Assembly (NCBI GenBank): GCA_964247055.1
Contig: OZ176050.1
Coordinates: forward strand, 9,548,001-9,612,000
DNA: 64,000 bases
Reading direction: 5' to 3'
From: Paragordius varius
Lineage: Eukaryota > Animalia > Nematomorpha
Part shown: positions 28,701 through 40,900 of the stretch, one piece after another
Numbering within the stretch: the first letter of the stretch is position 1
Layout of the letters: every line of letters begins with the position of its first letter
Notes under the pieces: generated by a model
The model's database searches: none
What the model saw: the letters and a program-made list of their open reading frames with translations, nothing else
What the model was told of the DNA's origin: nothing
Translations under genes and position numbers: made by a program

Positions 28701-31700
28701 TAATATTTTTTAATTGCCTTCTGTAGGAAAATTAACTTTTATACTCTATGTTTTTAGCAAACAAATGTCCCAACTTTGCAAAATGTGTGGATGGTGTCTC
28801 TTCATTCACCTGCCAATGTCCCTATAATTTGACGGGTACTCTGTGTGATAAAGGTAAATATCATGTATAAAAAAATTTTTTTGAGTCATAGTGCCTAAAA
28901 AATGTTAAATATTTGTATTTAAAATAATTATATTTATAACATCGGTAGAAATTGATACGAATTGGGATCTCTACATAAACAACGATAACGGAGTTTCTGG
29001 TGCTTATCAAAAAAGTCCGATTCATTTACCTTCCCGCACTTTTACGATTGGATTTTGGTTTAGATTTCGGGATAGAAATGGCCAAGGCACTGTGTTAACA
29101 ATATGGAGCACTGAGTAATATAATCTTAATTTACATTTTAATTTTTATGATATGCACTATTTCATTTATCAAATTTTAATGTCAATTGAAATATTGTTGC
29201 TTCAGATATCAATGGGAATCCTTTAAATAATAGCTTTATTCATTGTTCAAAAATAATGATATCTAAATAGGTCTGATAACATTCTAATGGCTGACCGAAA
29301 ACTTATTCACGTTACGCATCTTGGCATACATTTAGATGTGTTTAAGGAGGAAAAAACTGTATTTCTACCTTTTGAACACATTTCTGATGCCACAGTGACC
29401 GAACTTCATACCATCTCCTCCCCTAATCATGAACAAAAAGAACAATTTGAAGTGGAAACACTTACTATTGCAGGAGGCACTAGGAAAGTAAATGATGGTT
29501 TATGGCATCATTTAATCCTTTCGGTCGATGATAGCGAAGGCAATTACTTTGACCTTATACTTGATGGAGTGAGAATCGTGGCAAAAACATATATGACGGC
29601 TAATGTAAATAACTCACCTAGTTCTGGCTCACCAAGGGCCTTCCAATCAACTTTTCCTGAAAATGTTTGGATCACTTTGGGTACCATGAAGAGTACAGCT
29701 TTATCACTTAGTAAGGATGGTGAAAGAGATATTTTGACATTTCCAACTGATAATTTTTCGGGTTACATAAGCCGAGTTAATGTGTGGAGCCGTAAACTGA
29801 ATTATGACAATGAAATTCCGTTACAGGTTTTTTTTGGTCTTTATTAATATCGGTTTAGGAGAGAGGTTGATGGCCTTTTTAATAATTTATTGGGTAATAT
29901 ACTATAAATTATTGAGTTTACTGTTTAATTAGTATATAAATTAATTGTTTATTTTTTTGTTTAGAGCGTAAACTGTGTTAAGGCCCCAGTAATATACAAC
30001 GGATTGGTTTCTAGATGGGCTGACTATATAATGTATGGTGATACAGAAAAGGTTCCAACACATTGCGGACAATCCCTTTGTGATGCTGGAAAAACCGAAT
30101 TGGCCGTAGGCGAAGATATTAAGCACCGTGAGTATTTTAAATCTTTGGAAAAACTGCGTCTCACACTACGTAGTAAACACTGTCAACAAAAGCTGGGTTT
30201 AGGGTCTCTATTGCTAACTAGTATAAAATTTCCAATCTACAACTACTAGGCTAACTATTATCTGCTCCCCTTAATTACTTATAAGGAGATTTGTTTTTCG
30301 TTTTACTTTTGTTTGAGTCATTTATATAGAGTTTTCATTCATTTTTTTAAAACACCAATCTTTTCACAATATAGAGAAGGGTGTAAAATTAATTTCGTGT
30401 CCATCGGATATAATTACCACCACAAACCAGCGAGGAACTCAAGTTTATTGGACACCTCGAATTCTTGTAAATGAGAAGCAAATAAATAAAATTGAATCGA
30501 CACATATTTCAGGTATTTAAATATGCCATATAAAAAATAACCTTTTTTATATTTAAATTATTTAGAATATTCTTGCCACTGTAATTTGGTGAATTTTTTA
30601 TGCGTAAATGAGCTAATTTCACACTTAAAATTTTTTAAAGAAAACATAGGCGATATACATTTTAATTTATGTTTAGGCTCCTACTTTTTGGCTGGAAAAC
30701 ACACTGTGAACCTATACGCCAAAGACGTCTTTGGTAACGTTGATTGGTGCGATTTTAACATTTACGTCAATTCGTACGGACAGACCTGTAAAGATTCTAT
30801 GAAATTAATCATGGATGAAAGTCAAACACTTAAAACCACCACAGGTCTTAGCGTAAACTGTGGGAATTGGGGAACAGACTCACAATTTGCATTCTGTTCG
30901 TTAAGTTGTGATAAAACCAAAATTGATTCAAAACGCAACATTAGCTTTGCACAAGAGGCCCCAAAATATTTTACATGCAAAGAAGATGGTATATGGCATC
31001 CCCCAATTAATATTATGTCACCATCATTTCCAATTTGTTCAGGTATAATTTTAAAGAAAATCCTAAATTTTTATTTTGACTTGCATAAAATTAATTTTAA
31101 AATTTAGGCATGTCACCTGCAAACCAAAGAATCAATATTTTGGCATATTTCAATACCCGTGGACAATGTAATACGGCTGGTAAGGAAGAGCTAACAAGGC
31201 GTATAAATTTGGAAATGCAAGAACTAAATAGGCACTGGGACTTGTTTTGTATAGAGAATGCGGTTTGTGATCAAAAAATTGATATATTGGTAACATGTCA
31301 GAATGTAAATAAGCGTGACGCTCTTCATCCGCCGTCGGTATTATCTAACTTGGCTCTGAGTCAAACAGCACTTAATCGACCCAAAAGACAAATAAAACAG
31401 TTAAATGAAACTTCCCCCGATTACAATCATTACAAAGTTAATGTCCAATTTATAACAACAAGGTATGTATGCTAAATTATTTTTATATATTTATGAAATA
31501 CTAAAAATAAATACATATTTAGCGATCCTATCAAAAGCCGACAATCAAATGTTAGGAAATCGATTAGGGATGTTTTAATGAATTACTTTTATGTTACGAA
31601 CGGCTTTGATTTCGAAAACACTTTACCTGGCGTGAAAATTGACAAGCAGCGTGTCAATGTCCAAATTAAACCGTTCTGTCACCATACTGGCCAAATTTTA

Positions 31701-34700
31701 CTGGATGGTCAATGTATTAATTGTTCTGTCGGAACACATTTTGACACAAAAACAAAATCGTGTAAAGAATGTCCCCTTAACACATATCAAGACAAAGAAG
31801 GTTCAATGTTTTGCCATCCGTGTCCATTGATTAATAATCAACCCTCAAGGACACCAGGTATCGGCTCCAAATCTCGTACTAACTGCAAAGAGACATGTCA
31901 CCCTGGTTACTTTTATGATATGCATGCCTCGTTTCAATGCAAACCATGCCCAATCGGATATTATCAAGGGCAAAGTGGTGCTTTTACATGTTTCCCGTGT
32001 CCAGCCTTACCTTACATCCCCTTGGAATATATCATGAGTAACTCAACTTCAACAATTGATGCAAACACATTTGAGGGTTTGACCAGTTTATCATCATCGG
32101 CATGGATTCAACAAAGAACCCGTTTTCCAGGAAATAATGGCACAACATTTGCAGCATCACGTTTAACGAACATTAGAATGACCACTACAGTAACTGAAGG
32201 ATCCATCTCCCTTGATCAATGTGTGGAAGAATGTGATTCAGGACAGGAATATGCATTTATTTCGGAAAATCAGGAACCGGTGTGTACCCCGTGTGTCGAA
32301 GGCTCGTACCGAACCCGTGTACTACACGATAAATGTCAGCCGTGTCCGAAAGATTTTACAACCGTTTCCCGAGGCGCTAAAACCGTTAAAGACTGTAGCA
32401 TACGTAAGGATTTTTTAAATATAAATGTGTGTTGGTATATAAAATTCTGTATCCAAACACTCATTCTAACGCTAAATTTTATTTTATATTTAGCCATATG
32501 CAAATCAGGAGAATATTTGAGTTCAAACACAAAATGTTTACCATGTCCGCTAAACACATATCAGTCTAAAACAAAAGCTACGTCTTGCATTCCGTGTCCC
32601 ACAGAACATATTACGCTCAAGACTGGAATGCGGGATTTATCCGATTGCATATGTAAAAAATATAAATATAATATTTATTTGTGTGTATGTATTCATCTTT
32701 AAAATAAACTTTTGACTTGATTTTATGGGAATTTTAAGGTATCAACGACTCTTTTAAGACTACTGTCATTATTAATTATACATTAGGATTCTGATGCTAC
32801 TTTTTAGGTTTTTAGTGGTATTATCATATAATCAGAATAAATATTACATAAGTGAATACTGTTTTCTAGCGACAAACGAATGTGAAACGGGAGAAGCAAA
32901 ATGTGTGGCTAACTCAACGTGCGTCAACACAAAAGACGGTTATGAGTGCGAATGTAATGAAGGTTTTGTCGGTAATGCTTTCGTTCACTGCAACGATACG
33001 AATGAATGCCGTCTTGGTCTCCATAATTGCCATGCATATGCCCAATGCATTGATACCGCTCAATCATTTAAGTGCCTCTGTAAAACTGGTTATGTTGGAG
33101 ATGGAATCTTTTGTAAAGGTTGGTATTGATGAGTTAACATTTGAAATTTATAAAGAATGAATGCATGTGTTGGTATGTAAACAATCAATGTATCATTTAT
33201 GTTACTAGATTCTTGTGATGGTTTTTGCATGAATAACGGAATTTGCCGTAAAAATGAGTTTGGTGTCCAGTATTGTGAATGTACGGAAAGTTTTTCTGGA
33301 TTGATATGTGCAGACAGTAAATACATTCGTTTTTTTCTAATATAATTAAATTAAATATGGTAAACTTTGAAAATAATTTTTGCATTAGAAAATCGAACCA
33401 GAGAATTGAAATTTATTGTGGGCGGTATTGCAGGAACGACCATACTTTTGGTGTTAACAGCCTTTGTGATTTGGATGATTTGTGTCAAGTATAGAAAAGT
33501 TAAATATAATTTTTTTGAATGATTATATTTTAATTTTTAATGGTTTGTTCTTGATAAATATGCAAAACACATTACTAAATAATAAATGAGTTATAATAGT
33601 ATAAGTTTTTTATTATTTAAGCATAAAACAACGCATATTTTCAAGGCCCAATTTTCATATATATCAGCCTAATATTATATTTATTGATCATATATCGTAT
33701 TATTTAGCATATTTCTCAAAAATGAACAAATTAGAATATGTATTAAAAGAATCAAAAAATTTGTCATATCCTAAAACACCTCTTTATCCGAAACTAATAC
33801 CATAAATTTTATAAAATATTTAGTTAATTTCTTATAACGTCGTACTCTATTTATTTGCGCAACTTATTCTTACAATCAGGAACACTTCAAAGACTACTGC
33901 TTACAAAAAGAAGACGCATGAAAAGATGTCAAATGGTTTACCATCATACGATGCATACATCAATGAAGATATATACGGATCCAAACTTATGAATGGTGGT
34001 GGGACCGCGAAAATATCGGGTAATCGGAAAAAGCTTAAAAACAAAAATAAAAAAATGTCAAAACTTCATGCTGCTGCCATGTTGAATGGAGGTGGCCACC
34101 ATAATATTGGAAATGGTTATAAGAAGTCGTCAAACGAAAAGAATGGCATGCTTGTACCCTATCAAAATCATTTAGTAAATCCTATGGCGGCTTTGAATGG
34201 ACCCAGCAATATTATTCATGGACCTTCTATCGTTGAATACCAATCACCTCAAGAGATACTCGGCAACGGAATATATGGTATACCTTTTGCATCTATCTAT
34301 ACATATCTAGGAAAAAACTTGTAAGAATGTTATTTGATCACTAAAATGACTGTTTTTATACTGTTTAGGAACCCATAAACAGCCATTAGATTTTCGACCA
34401 GCACCCATGCTTATGTCAAGCACCAAAGATGATAACTTTCTCATTGCCCCTATTCCCCAGGGTATGGCTTCCTTGGTAAGTTCTGCGCTTGTGGCAAATA
34501 ATCATTTAACAACTACCCTTCCCAGGTATACATTTTAAAAATATAAATTTAAAAATCTTAATACCTAGCATGATATATTATAGGGCTTTTTAATTATAAA
34601 ATACTTATGAGAGAAGCTATCAATGATTGCATTTTGCATTTTACAAAATATATGTCAATTTATTAATTTTTCCTGTTTTAGGCCAAAGATATATGGTGGT

Positions 34701-35689
34701 TTTCTTAATCATACTCCCTCACAATCTCAACAAATGTCTCATCATAATGGTTCTAATTTGTTGGAAGGAAGCAGTTTTGATACTTTACCCTATACATCAT
34801 CTATTTTAGACTCATCCAAATCCAAAGTGGCACACAATACTAATCAGTAATTAATGTTTTTTAATGAAATATTAACCAATTTTAAAAATTATTATTCAAC
34901 ATATATTAAACTGATTTCGTTGACATATTTATATAGGATTGGGAATGGTAATGTACCATATCATAATAATACAAACACAATCAATAACCCCAATAACCAT
35001 AATAGCAACACCAATAATGTTGGCCATCCAATAAATTATCATAATCAAAATCATAACAGCGTTCTAGATGGTTTTAACAATAATGAAAATATGTTTTCTA
35101 ACTCTATGACCAGCAGTAGTACACCATACTTTATCACATACCCTGCTTCCATGCGAGGCCCCAGTTTTTATGATTATGGAACAACGGTTAAACAGAACGC
35201 GGCACCTCACCCGCCAGCTCCTCCACCGCCACACCCCTTAACCCTTTTGAATGGCACACTGAATCGTCAAAATCTAAATAATATTCAAAATAAAAGCCAA
35301 TTATTAAACGGTAATGGTGTTATGCAGCAAAAACAGGGCAATGGTACACATCATAACATGACACTACATAAGAATGAAGATGATAACTTTTATGACATTT
35401 ATACGTATCAAAATCATGCCTATAATCCGACCCCGGGTAAGTTTTATGATACCCTGTCATTTATTTTATCCAAGTTTTCTTAATTTAAGATTTATTAATA
35501 TTTTTACAATATTAATATCAGATTTTTTGGTTAATACCTACTTTATTAATATCAATAACCTTTGCTGAACTCTTACCATATTTTATATTATCATTTCTTT
35601 TAGAAGAATTAAATGCTGAATTTTTGAATTCTTACCATGACAAAAGCAACGATGAAAGCAATAATGTTAAAGGTTATTCTTTTTTAAAT

Positions 35690-35725
<36 letters not shown>

Positions 35726-35778
35726 TTATTTTAAAAATTGATATAATTTTCATATTCAATTTAGATACTCGTGTTTAA
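444..35778 (+). CDS. uif: Uninflatable/SP1070-like giant type I transmembrane protein, 60 exons, about 4365 aa
   Basis: Exons, all GT-AG, phases consistent, total 13098 nt: 444-500,2211-2241,6743-6824,8708-8805,9847-10203,10479-10577,10661-10791,11237-11546,11764-11912,12381-12663,12771-12943,13030-13195,13525-13716,14427-14606,14711-14893,15225-15590,15669-15829,15899-16045,16119-16284,16373-16564,16641-16826,17001-17432,17648-17848,17968-18209,18270-18813,18978-19235,19480-19776,19894-20091,20196-20407,20481-20769,21589-21747,22282-22452,22566-22730,22871-23062,23485-23617,23703-23842,24079-24279,24435-24665,24906-25039,25358-25557,25686-25810,27315-27539,28758-28853,28949-29114,29271-29826,29965-30127,30375-30512,30677-31042,31108-31462,31523-32403,32494-32652,32870-33118,33209-33316,33389-33488,33880-34277,34369-34525,34682-34846,34937-35436,35604-35672,35765-35778. 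Domain order is CTLD-LDLa-CUBx3-sushi-EGF-FA58C-EGF-sushi-FA58C-HYRx2-ephrin-receptor-like Cys repeats-EGF array-LamG-HYR-Cys repeats-EGF-TM. This order and motifs such as [42 protein letters not shown] and GGIAG..IWMICV match Drosophila Uif as I recall it. Confidence 0.92.
600..1870 (-). mobile_element. Heavily decayed Ty3/Gypsy-like pol remnant in uif intron 1
   Basis: Minus-strand fragments broken by stops occur in RT-RNaseH-integrase order: IKLTKEKC (~1810), HFDFS..TD (~1510), DSDQG (~785), LNGAI* (~715). The motifs are short and degenerate. Confidence 0.35.
2778..2821. repeat. (TA)n microsatellite
   Basis: Pure TA run. Similar runs at 4353-4383, 13743-13771, 35693-35722, 51615-51650 and 55103-55132. 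Confidence 0.95.
6260..6401. mobile_element. Possible degenerate hAT-type MITE
   Basis: Imperfect termini CAGAGTATTCC ... GGAACCACCCTG with internal GGAACC/AACCGG motifs; no TSD seen. Confidence 0.3.
7486..7792. mobile_element. Foldback-type MITE, copy 1, with 21-bp subterminal tandem repeats
   Basis: TATACCATTT...AAATGGTATA termini, repeated AGGGTGAATTTGAATTGTTCA-like units inverted at the two ends, and a shared core TTTTCGGGCTAATATAA with the copy at 13791. Confidence 0.75.
9208..9372. mobile_element. Tc1/mariner-type MITE
   Basis: TA-CAGTCATGTATCCTTTATTTTATCAAAA... and ...TTTTGATAAAATAAAGGATATATGACTG-TA: roughly 60-bp inverted arms with TA on both flanks. Confidence 0.7.
13791..14123. 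mobile_element. Foldback-type MITE, copy 2
   Basis: Same termini, core and 21-bp units as 7486-7792, with a different number of units. Confidence 0.75.
23247..23438 (-). mobile_element. tRNA-derived SINE with target-site duplication
   Basis: Minus strand shows an A-box-like TGGCATAATAGG, a B-box GAGTTCGAACCC and an A-rich 3' tail. Flanked by AACAACCTACA(T/C)TATATA at 23229-23246 and 23439-23456. Confidence 0.7.
23960..24015. repeat. Perfect 56-bp spacerless palindrome
   Basis: TAGTTTTAACGTTATAGGGATTATATTA|TAATATAATCCCTATAACGTTAAAACTA; the second half is the exact reverse complement of the first. Confidence 0.95.
33389..33488 (+). other. uif transmembrane exon
   Basis: Encodes [27 protein letters not shown] directly after the last EGF exon. 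Confidence 0.9.
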
Positions 35779-36699
35779 TAGAATAAACTACTTAAGGATG
35801 ATGAACCTCGCTGTATTCAAATTACGCATTTATCCAAGGCATTTCCATTATTTACTTCTAAACACCATTTATGTATAAATAGAAAATAAATATTATTTAT
35901 TTTTAAATAACGTGGATTATATCACTTCGATAACACTAAGTTACAGTAGACAGCATTATACAAAATTGTAAAGTTTATTAAAAGAAGACTCCATGTGATA
36001 TTATTGATAACTGTATTTAATTTTTTTAATTTGGTTATTTATTAACTTGAATCACTTTATTAGCTTTTGGTGTAGTTTTCCATCCCGATAACCTACTATG
36101 ATATTGGGCATCTAAAAATATTCAGTCTATGATCTTTTAGGAGCCTTATACAAAAAATAGTTTTAATAAATGTAAAAAAATACTCATCTCAAACTTTCAG
36201 CCCCCATTTTTTTAATATTATTAACTAAAAATGGGCAAAGAAATAATAAAAAACATAAGCTTTTTGACTACAGAATTTTAATTTTTAATCTGGAATCATC
36301 TGTTAGTTTAAGTGGATTCTGATGTCTCGATTTTTATTTTAAATCTTCAATATTAAAAATAAAATAAATGGGTGATAATCATTTGTTAGTCAAAATGACT
36401 TAGTATTATTTTAAATTAGAAAATTAGGCGTGATTTTATATACCCCAGTTTTCTAAGTTACTTCTGCTAATGAAGTGTTAAAAATCTTGCATGTCTTCGT
36501 TTCCTCTTGGGATTTTCTTTTCCATATCAATTAAAATTTGGATATCTTCAAAATTTCAGGGCGATTTCGGCCCTTAGTTTTTTGCTAAACATTATTGCAA
36601 ATGTTTAGAACAGAAATAGTTCCGTATATTAGATATCACATACTGAAAATCTGCACATATACCCCATTATACAACAGAATCATTGGTCTAAAATAGAGG

Positions 36700-36963
36700 T
36701 AACATGCGGCCCTCCTAAATATTCCTGCCGCCTGCGTGAAATTTAAGCAAAATTAATTTTCTTACACAAATTCTTTGAATAAATTTTCCGAATTTCGACG
36801 CTCCAGCAGCAAAAATTGTTAAAAAAATAAGTAGTTTTTACAGTCTTATGTATTAAATCTAATAAAATATTTGTTAATGCCCATATATTTTTCGAATGCG
36901 GCCCGTTAAATTATTTGATCCGAAAATGCGTCACCCTTAGCCATTTATGTTGGAAACTCCCGG
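36700..36963. mobile_element. Truncated hAT-type MITE related to 57991-58242; mirrored at about 51016-51280
   Basis: Shares ACAYGCGGCCCTCC, GCAAAAATTGTTAAAA, GTCTTATGT and CGAATGCGGCCC blocks in the same order as the 57991 element. Confidence 0.65.
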
Positions 36964-37933
36964 TGTAAAATATAAATTTTTTGGTAATAAAACATCAAAA
37001 TAGATATAAAGATATATTGTTAGCAGCCACAGAGCCAGTGGATGGCTAACATTAGATGGGTCCAAACAATTAAATTACCTAAATAAAAATTATGCAGGTA
37101 TAACAAAATCAAACAATTATAGTGAATGGTGATCAAAGTTGAATTATAGTCGTCATAAACACACTGGATCACAGAAAATAAATTGATTCTTTAACCTTAA
37201 TGCCATAAATATTCAACTAAAGTAAGAATACTGTTAAGTTTAACTGAATAATTATTACAAATTATATGAATTTTATCCAAATTATTTTTAAACCTTAGTG
37301 GATAGCAATAAATTTTGAGAATCATTATTGAAGGCTGTTTTCAGATTAATTTATTAAATAATTCCAATTGATAAGCGATAAAAAGAACGATCTGTCTCCA
37401 TCTTTACAATTCATTTTCTATTCTGAAATTTAAGATTCCACAAGATTCTGTGGGTATATATAGGGGTAAACTATTAATAATTTACGCTACCCTGTTGATT
37501 TGACATTTAGCAAAATTTAAGCTGATCTGGCCATTAAAATTAACCAAAAAATATCACGTGGAGTCGTAATAGCCCTAATAATCACAATATGATAAATCTG
37601 GTTTTACATTCTGGGAACTAATATCACAATCGACCGGTATTTTGATACACACAAACATAAAAATAATCATAGTAAAACTCATTCTTTTTAAAATATTTCC
37701 CATAAACATATAAAAACTATTTTTATTATTTATTATATTTTTTATATATGTATTATGATATTCAATCATCAATCCTTAAACGAACCACAAATCGGAAGTG
37801 AAATTATCACTTTTTTGATTCTTTTTCTTTTTTTTAGGGTTTAAAGTATATTTTGATTCAATTGAAAGTTGAATTTGTCTCAAGGAGGAGGAATCCAGAT
37901 GTTGATTGAAAATGTCTTGGGTCCATTTACTTT

Positions 37934-40900
37934 TTAATATTTTATTATCATCTTTCTTCGAATCTGAATTAAAGTTTTCAATATCATGGTTTGAAATTTG
38001 TTTTTCTTGGATTCGCAAATCACAATCATCCTTAAGTTTGGCCTCATTGAAAATTTGGTTAGCGATGATATTGACTTCAACATACAGGGTTTTGCACTAG
38101 ACGAAGCTCTCGGCGATATTTTGTCAGGATTTTGCAAAGCACTATCAGCTTTCAGTTTGGCATCTTTTAAGATTTGGTTAGCGATGATATTGACATAATA
38201 CTCTAACATACAGGGTTTTGCACTTGACGAACTTCTCGCCGATACTTTGTCACGATTTCGCAAATCACTATCAACTTTCAGTTTGGCATCTTTTAAGATT
38301 TGGTTAGCGATGATATTGACATAATACTTCAACATACAGGGTTTTGCACTAGACGAAGCTCTCGGCGATATTTTGTCAGGATTTTGCAAATCACTATCAG
38401 CTTTCAGTTTGGCATCTTTTAAGATTTGGTTAGCGATGATATTGACATAATACTTCAACATACAGGGTTTTGCACTAGACGAAGCTCTCGGCGATATTTT
38501 GTCAGGATTTTGCAAATCACTATCAGCTTTCAGTTTGGCATCTTTTAAGATTTGGTTAGCGATGATATTGACATAATACTTCAACATACAGGGTTTTGCA
38601 CTAGACGAAGCTCTCGGCGATATTTTGTCAGGATTTTGCAAATCACTATCAGCTTTCAGTTTGGCATCTTTTAAGATTTGGTTAGCGATGATATTGACAT
38701 AATACTCTAACATACAGGGTTTTGCACTTGACGAACTTCTCGCCGATACTTTGTCACAATTTCGCAAATCACTATCAACTTTCAGTTTGGCATCTTTTAA
38801 GATTTGGTTAGCGATGATATTGACATAATACTTAGACATACAGGGTTTTGCACTAGACGAAGCTCTCGGCGATATTTTGTCAGGATTTTGCAAAGCACTA
38901 TCAGCTTTCAGTTTGGCATCTTTTAAGATTTGGTTAGCGATGATATTGACATAATACTCTAACATACAGGGTTTTGCACTTGACGAACTTCTCGCCGATA
39001 CTTTGTCACAATTTCGCAAATCACTATCAACTTTCAGTTTGGCATCTTTTAAGATTTGGTTAGCGATGATATTGACATAATACTTAGACATACAGGGTTT
39101 TGCACTTGACGAACTTCTCGCCGATACTTTGTCACGATTTCGCAAATCACTATCAACTTTCAGTTTGGCATCTTTTAAGATTTGGTTAGCGATGATATTG
39201 ACATAATACTTCAACATACAGGGTTTTGCACTAGACGAAGCTCTCGGCGATATTTTGTCAGGATTTTGCAAATCACTATCAGCTTTCAGTTTGGCATCTT
39301 TTAAGATTTGGTTAGCGATGATATTGACATAATACTTCAACATACAGGGTTTTGCACTTACCGAACTTCTCGCCGATACTTTGTCACTATTTCGCAAATC
39401 ACTATCAGCTTTCAGTTTGGCATCTTTTAAGATTTGGTTAGCGATGATATTAACATAATACTTCAACATACAGGGTTTTGCACTTACCGAACTTCTCGCC
39501 GATACTTTGTCACGATTTTGCAAATCATTATCAGCTTTCTGTTTGGCATCTTTTAAGATTTGGTTAGCGATGATATTGACATAATACTTCAACATACAGG
39601 GTTTTGCACTTACCGAACTTCTCGCCGATACTTTGTCACGATTTCGCAAATCACCATCAACTTTCAGTTTGGCATCTTTTAAGATTTGGTTAGCGATGAT
39701 ATTGACATAATACTTCAACATACAGGGATTTGGTCTAGACGAACTTCTCGCCGATACTTTGTCACGATTTCGCAAATCTCTATCAACTTTCAGTTTGGCA
39801 TCTTTTAAGATTTGGTTAGCGATGATATTGACATAATACTTCAACATACAGGGTTTTGCACTAGACGAAGCTCTCGGCGATATTTTGTCAGGATTTTGCA
39901 AATCACCATCAACTTTCAGTTTGGCATCTTTTAAGATTTGGTTAGCGATGATATTGACATAATACTTCAACATACAGGGATTTGGTCTAGACGAACTTCT
40001 CGCCGATACTTTGTCACGATTTCGCAAATCACTATCAACTTTCAGTTTGGCATCTTTTAAGATTTGGTTAGCGATGATATTGACATAATACTTCAACATA
40101 CAGGGTTTTGCACTAGACGAAGCTCTCGGCGATATTTTGTCAGGATTTTGCAAATCACTATCAGCTTTCAGTTTGGCATCTTTTAAGATTTGGTTAGCGA
40201 TGATATTGACATAATACTTCAACATACAGGGTTTTGCACTAGACGAAGCTCTCGGCGATATTTTGTCACGATTTTGCAAATCACTATCAGCTTTCAGTTT
40301 GGCATCTTTTAAGATTTGGTTAGCGATGATATTGACATAATACTTCAACATACAGGGTTTTGCACTTACCGAACTTCTCGCCGATACTTTGTCACGATTT
40401 CCCAAATCACTATCAGCTTTCAGTTTGGCATCTTTTAAGATTTGGTTAGCGATGATATTGACATAATACTTCAACATACAGGGATTTGGTCTAGACGAAC
40501 TTCTCGCCGATATATTGTCACGATTTCGCAAATCACTATCAACTTTCAGTTTGGCATCTTTTAAGATTTGGTTAGCGATGATATTGACATAATACTTCAA
40601 CATACAGTGTTTTGCACTTGACGAACTTCTCGCCGATATATTGTCACGATTTCGCAAATCACTATCAACTTTCAGTTTGGCATCTTTGAATATTTGGTTA
40701 GCGATGATATTGACATAATACTTCAACATACAGGGTTTTGCACTAGACGAACTTCTCGGCGATATTTTTTCACGATTTCGCAAATCACTATCAGCTTTTA
40801 GTTTGGCCTCCTTTAAAATTTGGTTAGCGTTGATATTAACACAAGTTTTCGGCTTCCGTGGCTTTAGAAAATATCCATTAGGAATTGGTAGAAAATAGTT

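Noticed and set aside
22871-28853. EGF array as Notch, Crumbs or fibropellin
   Set aside because: It splices in frame with CTLD/CUB/FA58C/HYR exons; there are no LNR or ankyrin repeats; the architecture is Uif's.
9810-35568. The many 60-370-aa ORFs in the track as separate genes
   Set aside because: Plus-strand ones are uif exons with intron read-through; minus-strand and alternate-frame ones are shadows with no motifs.
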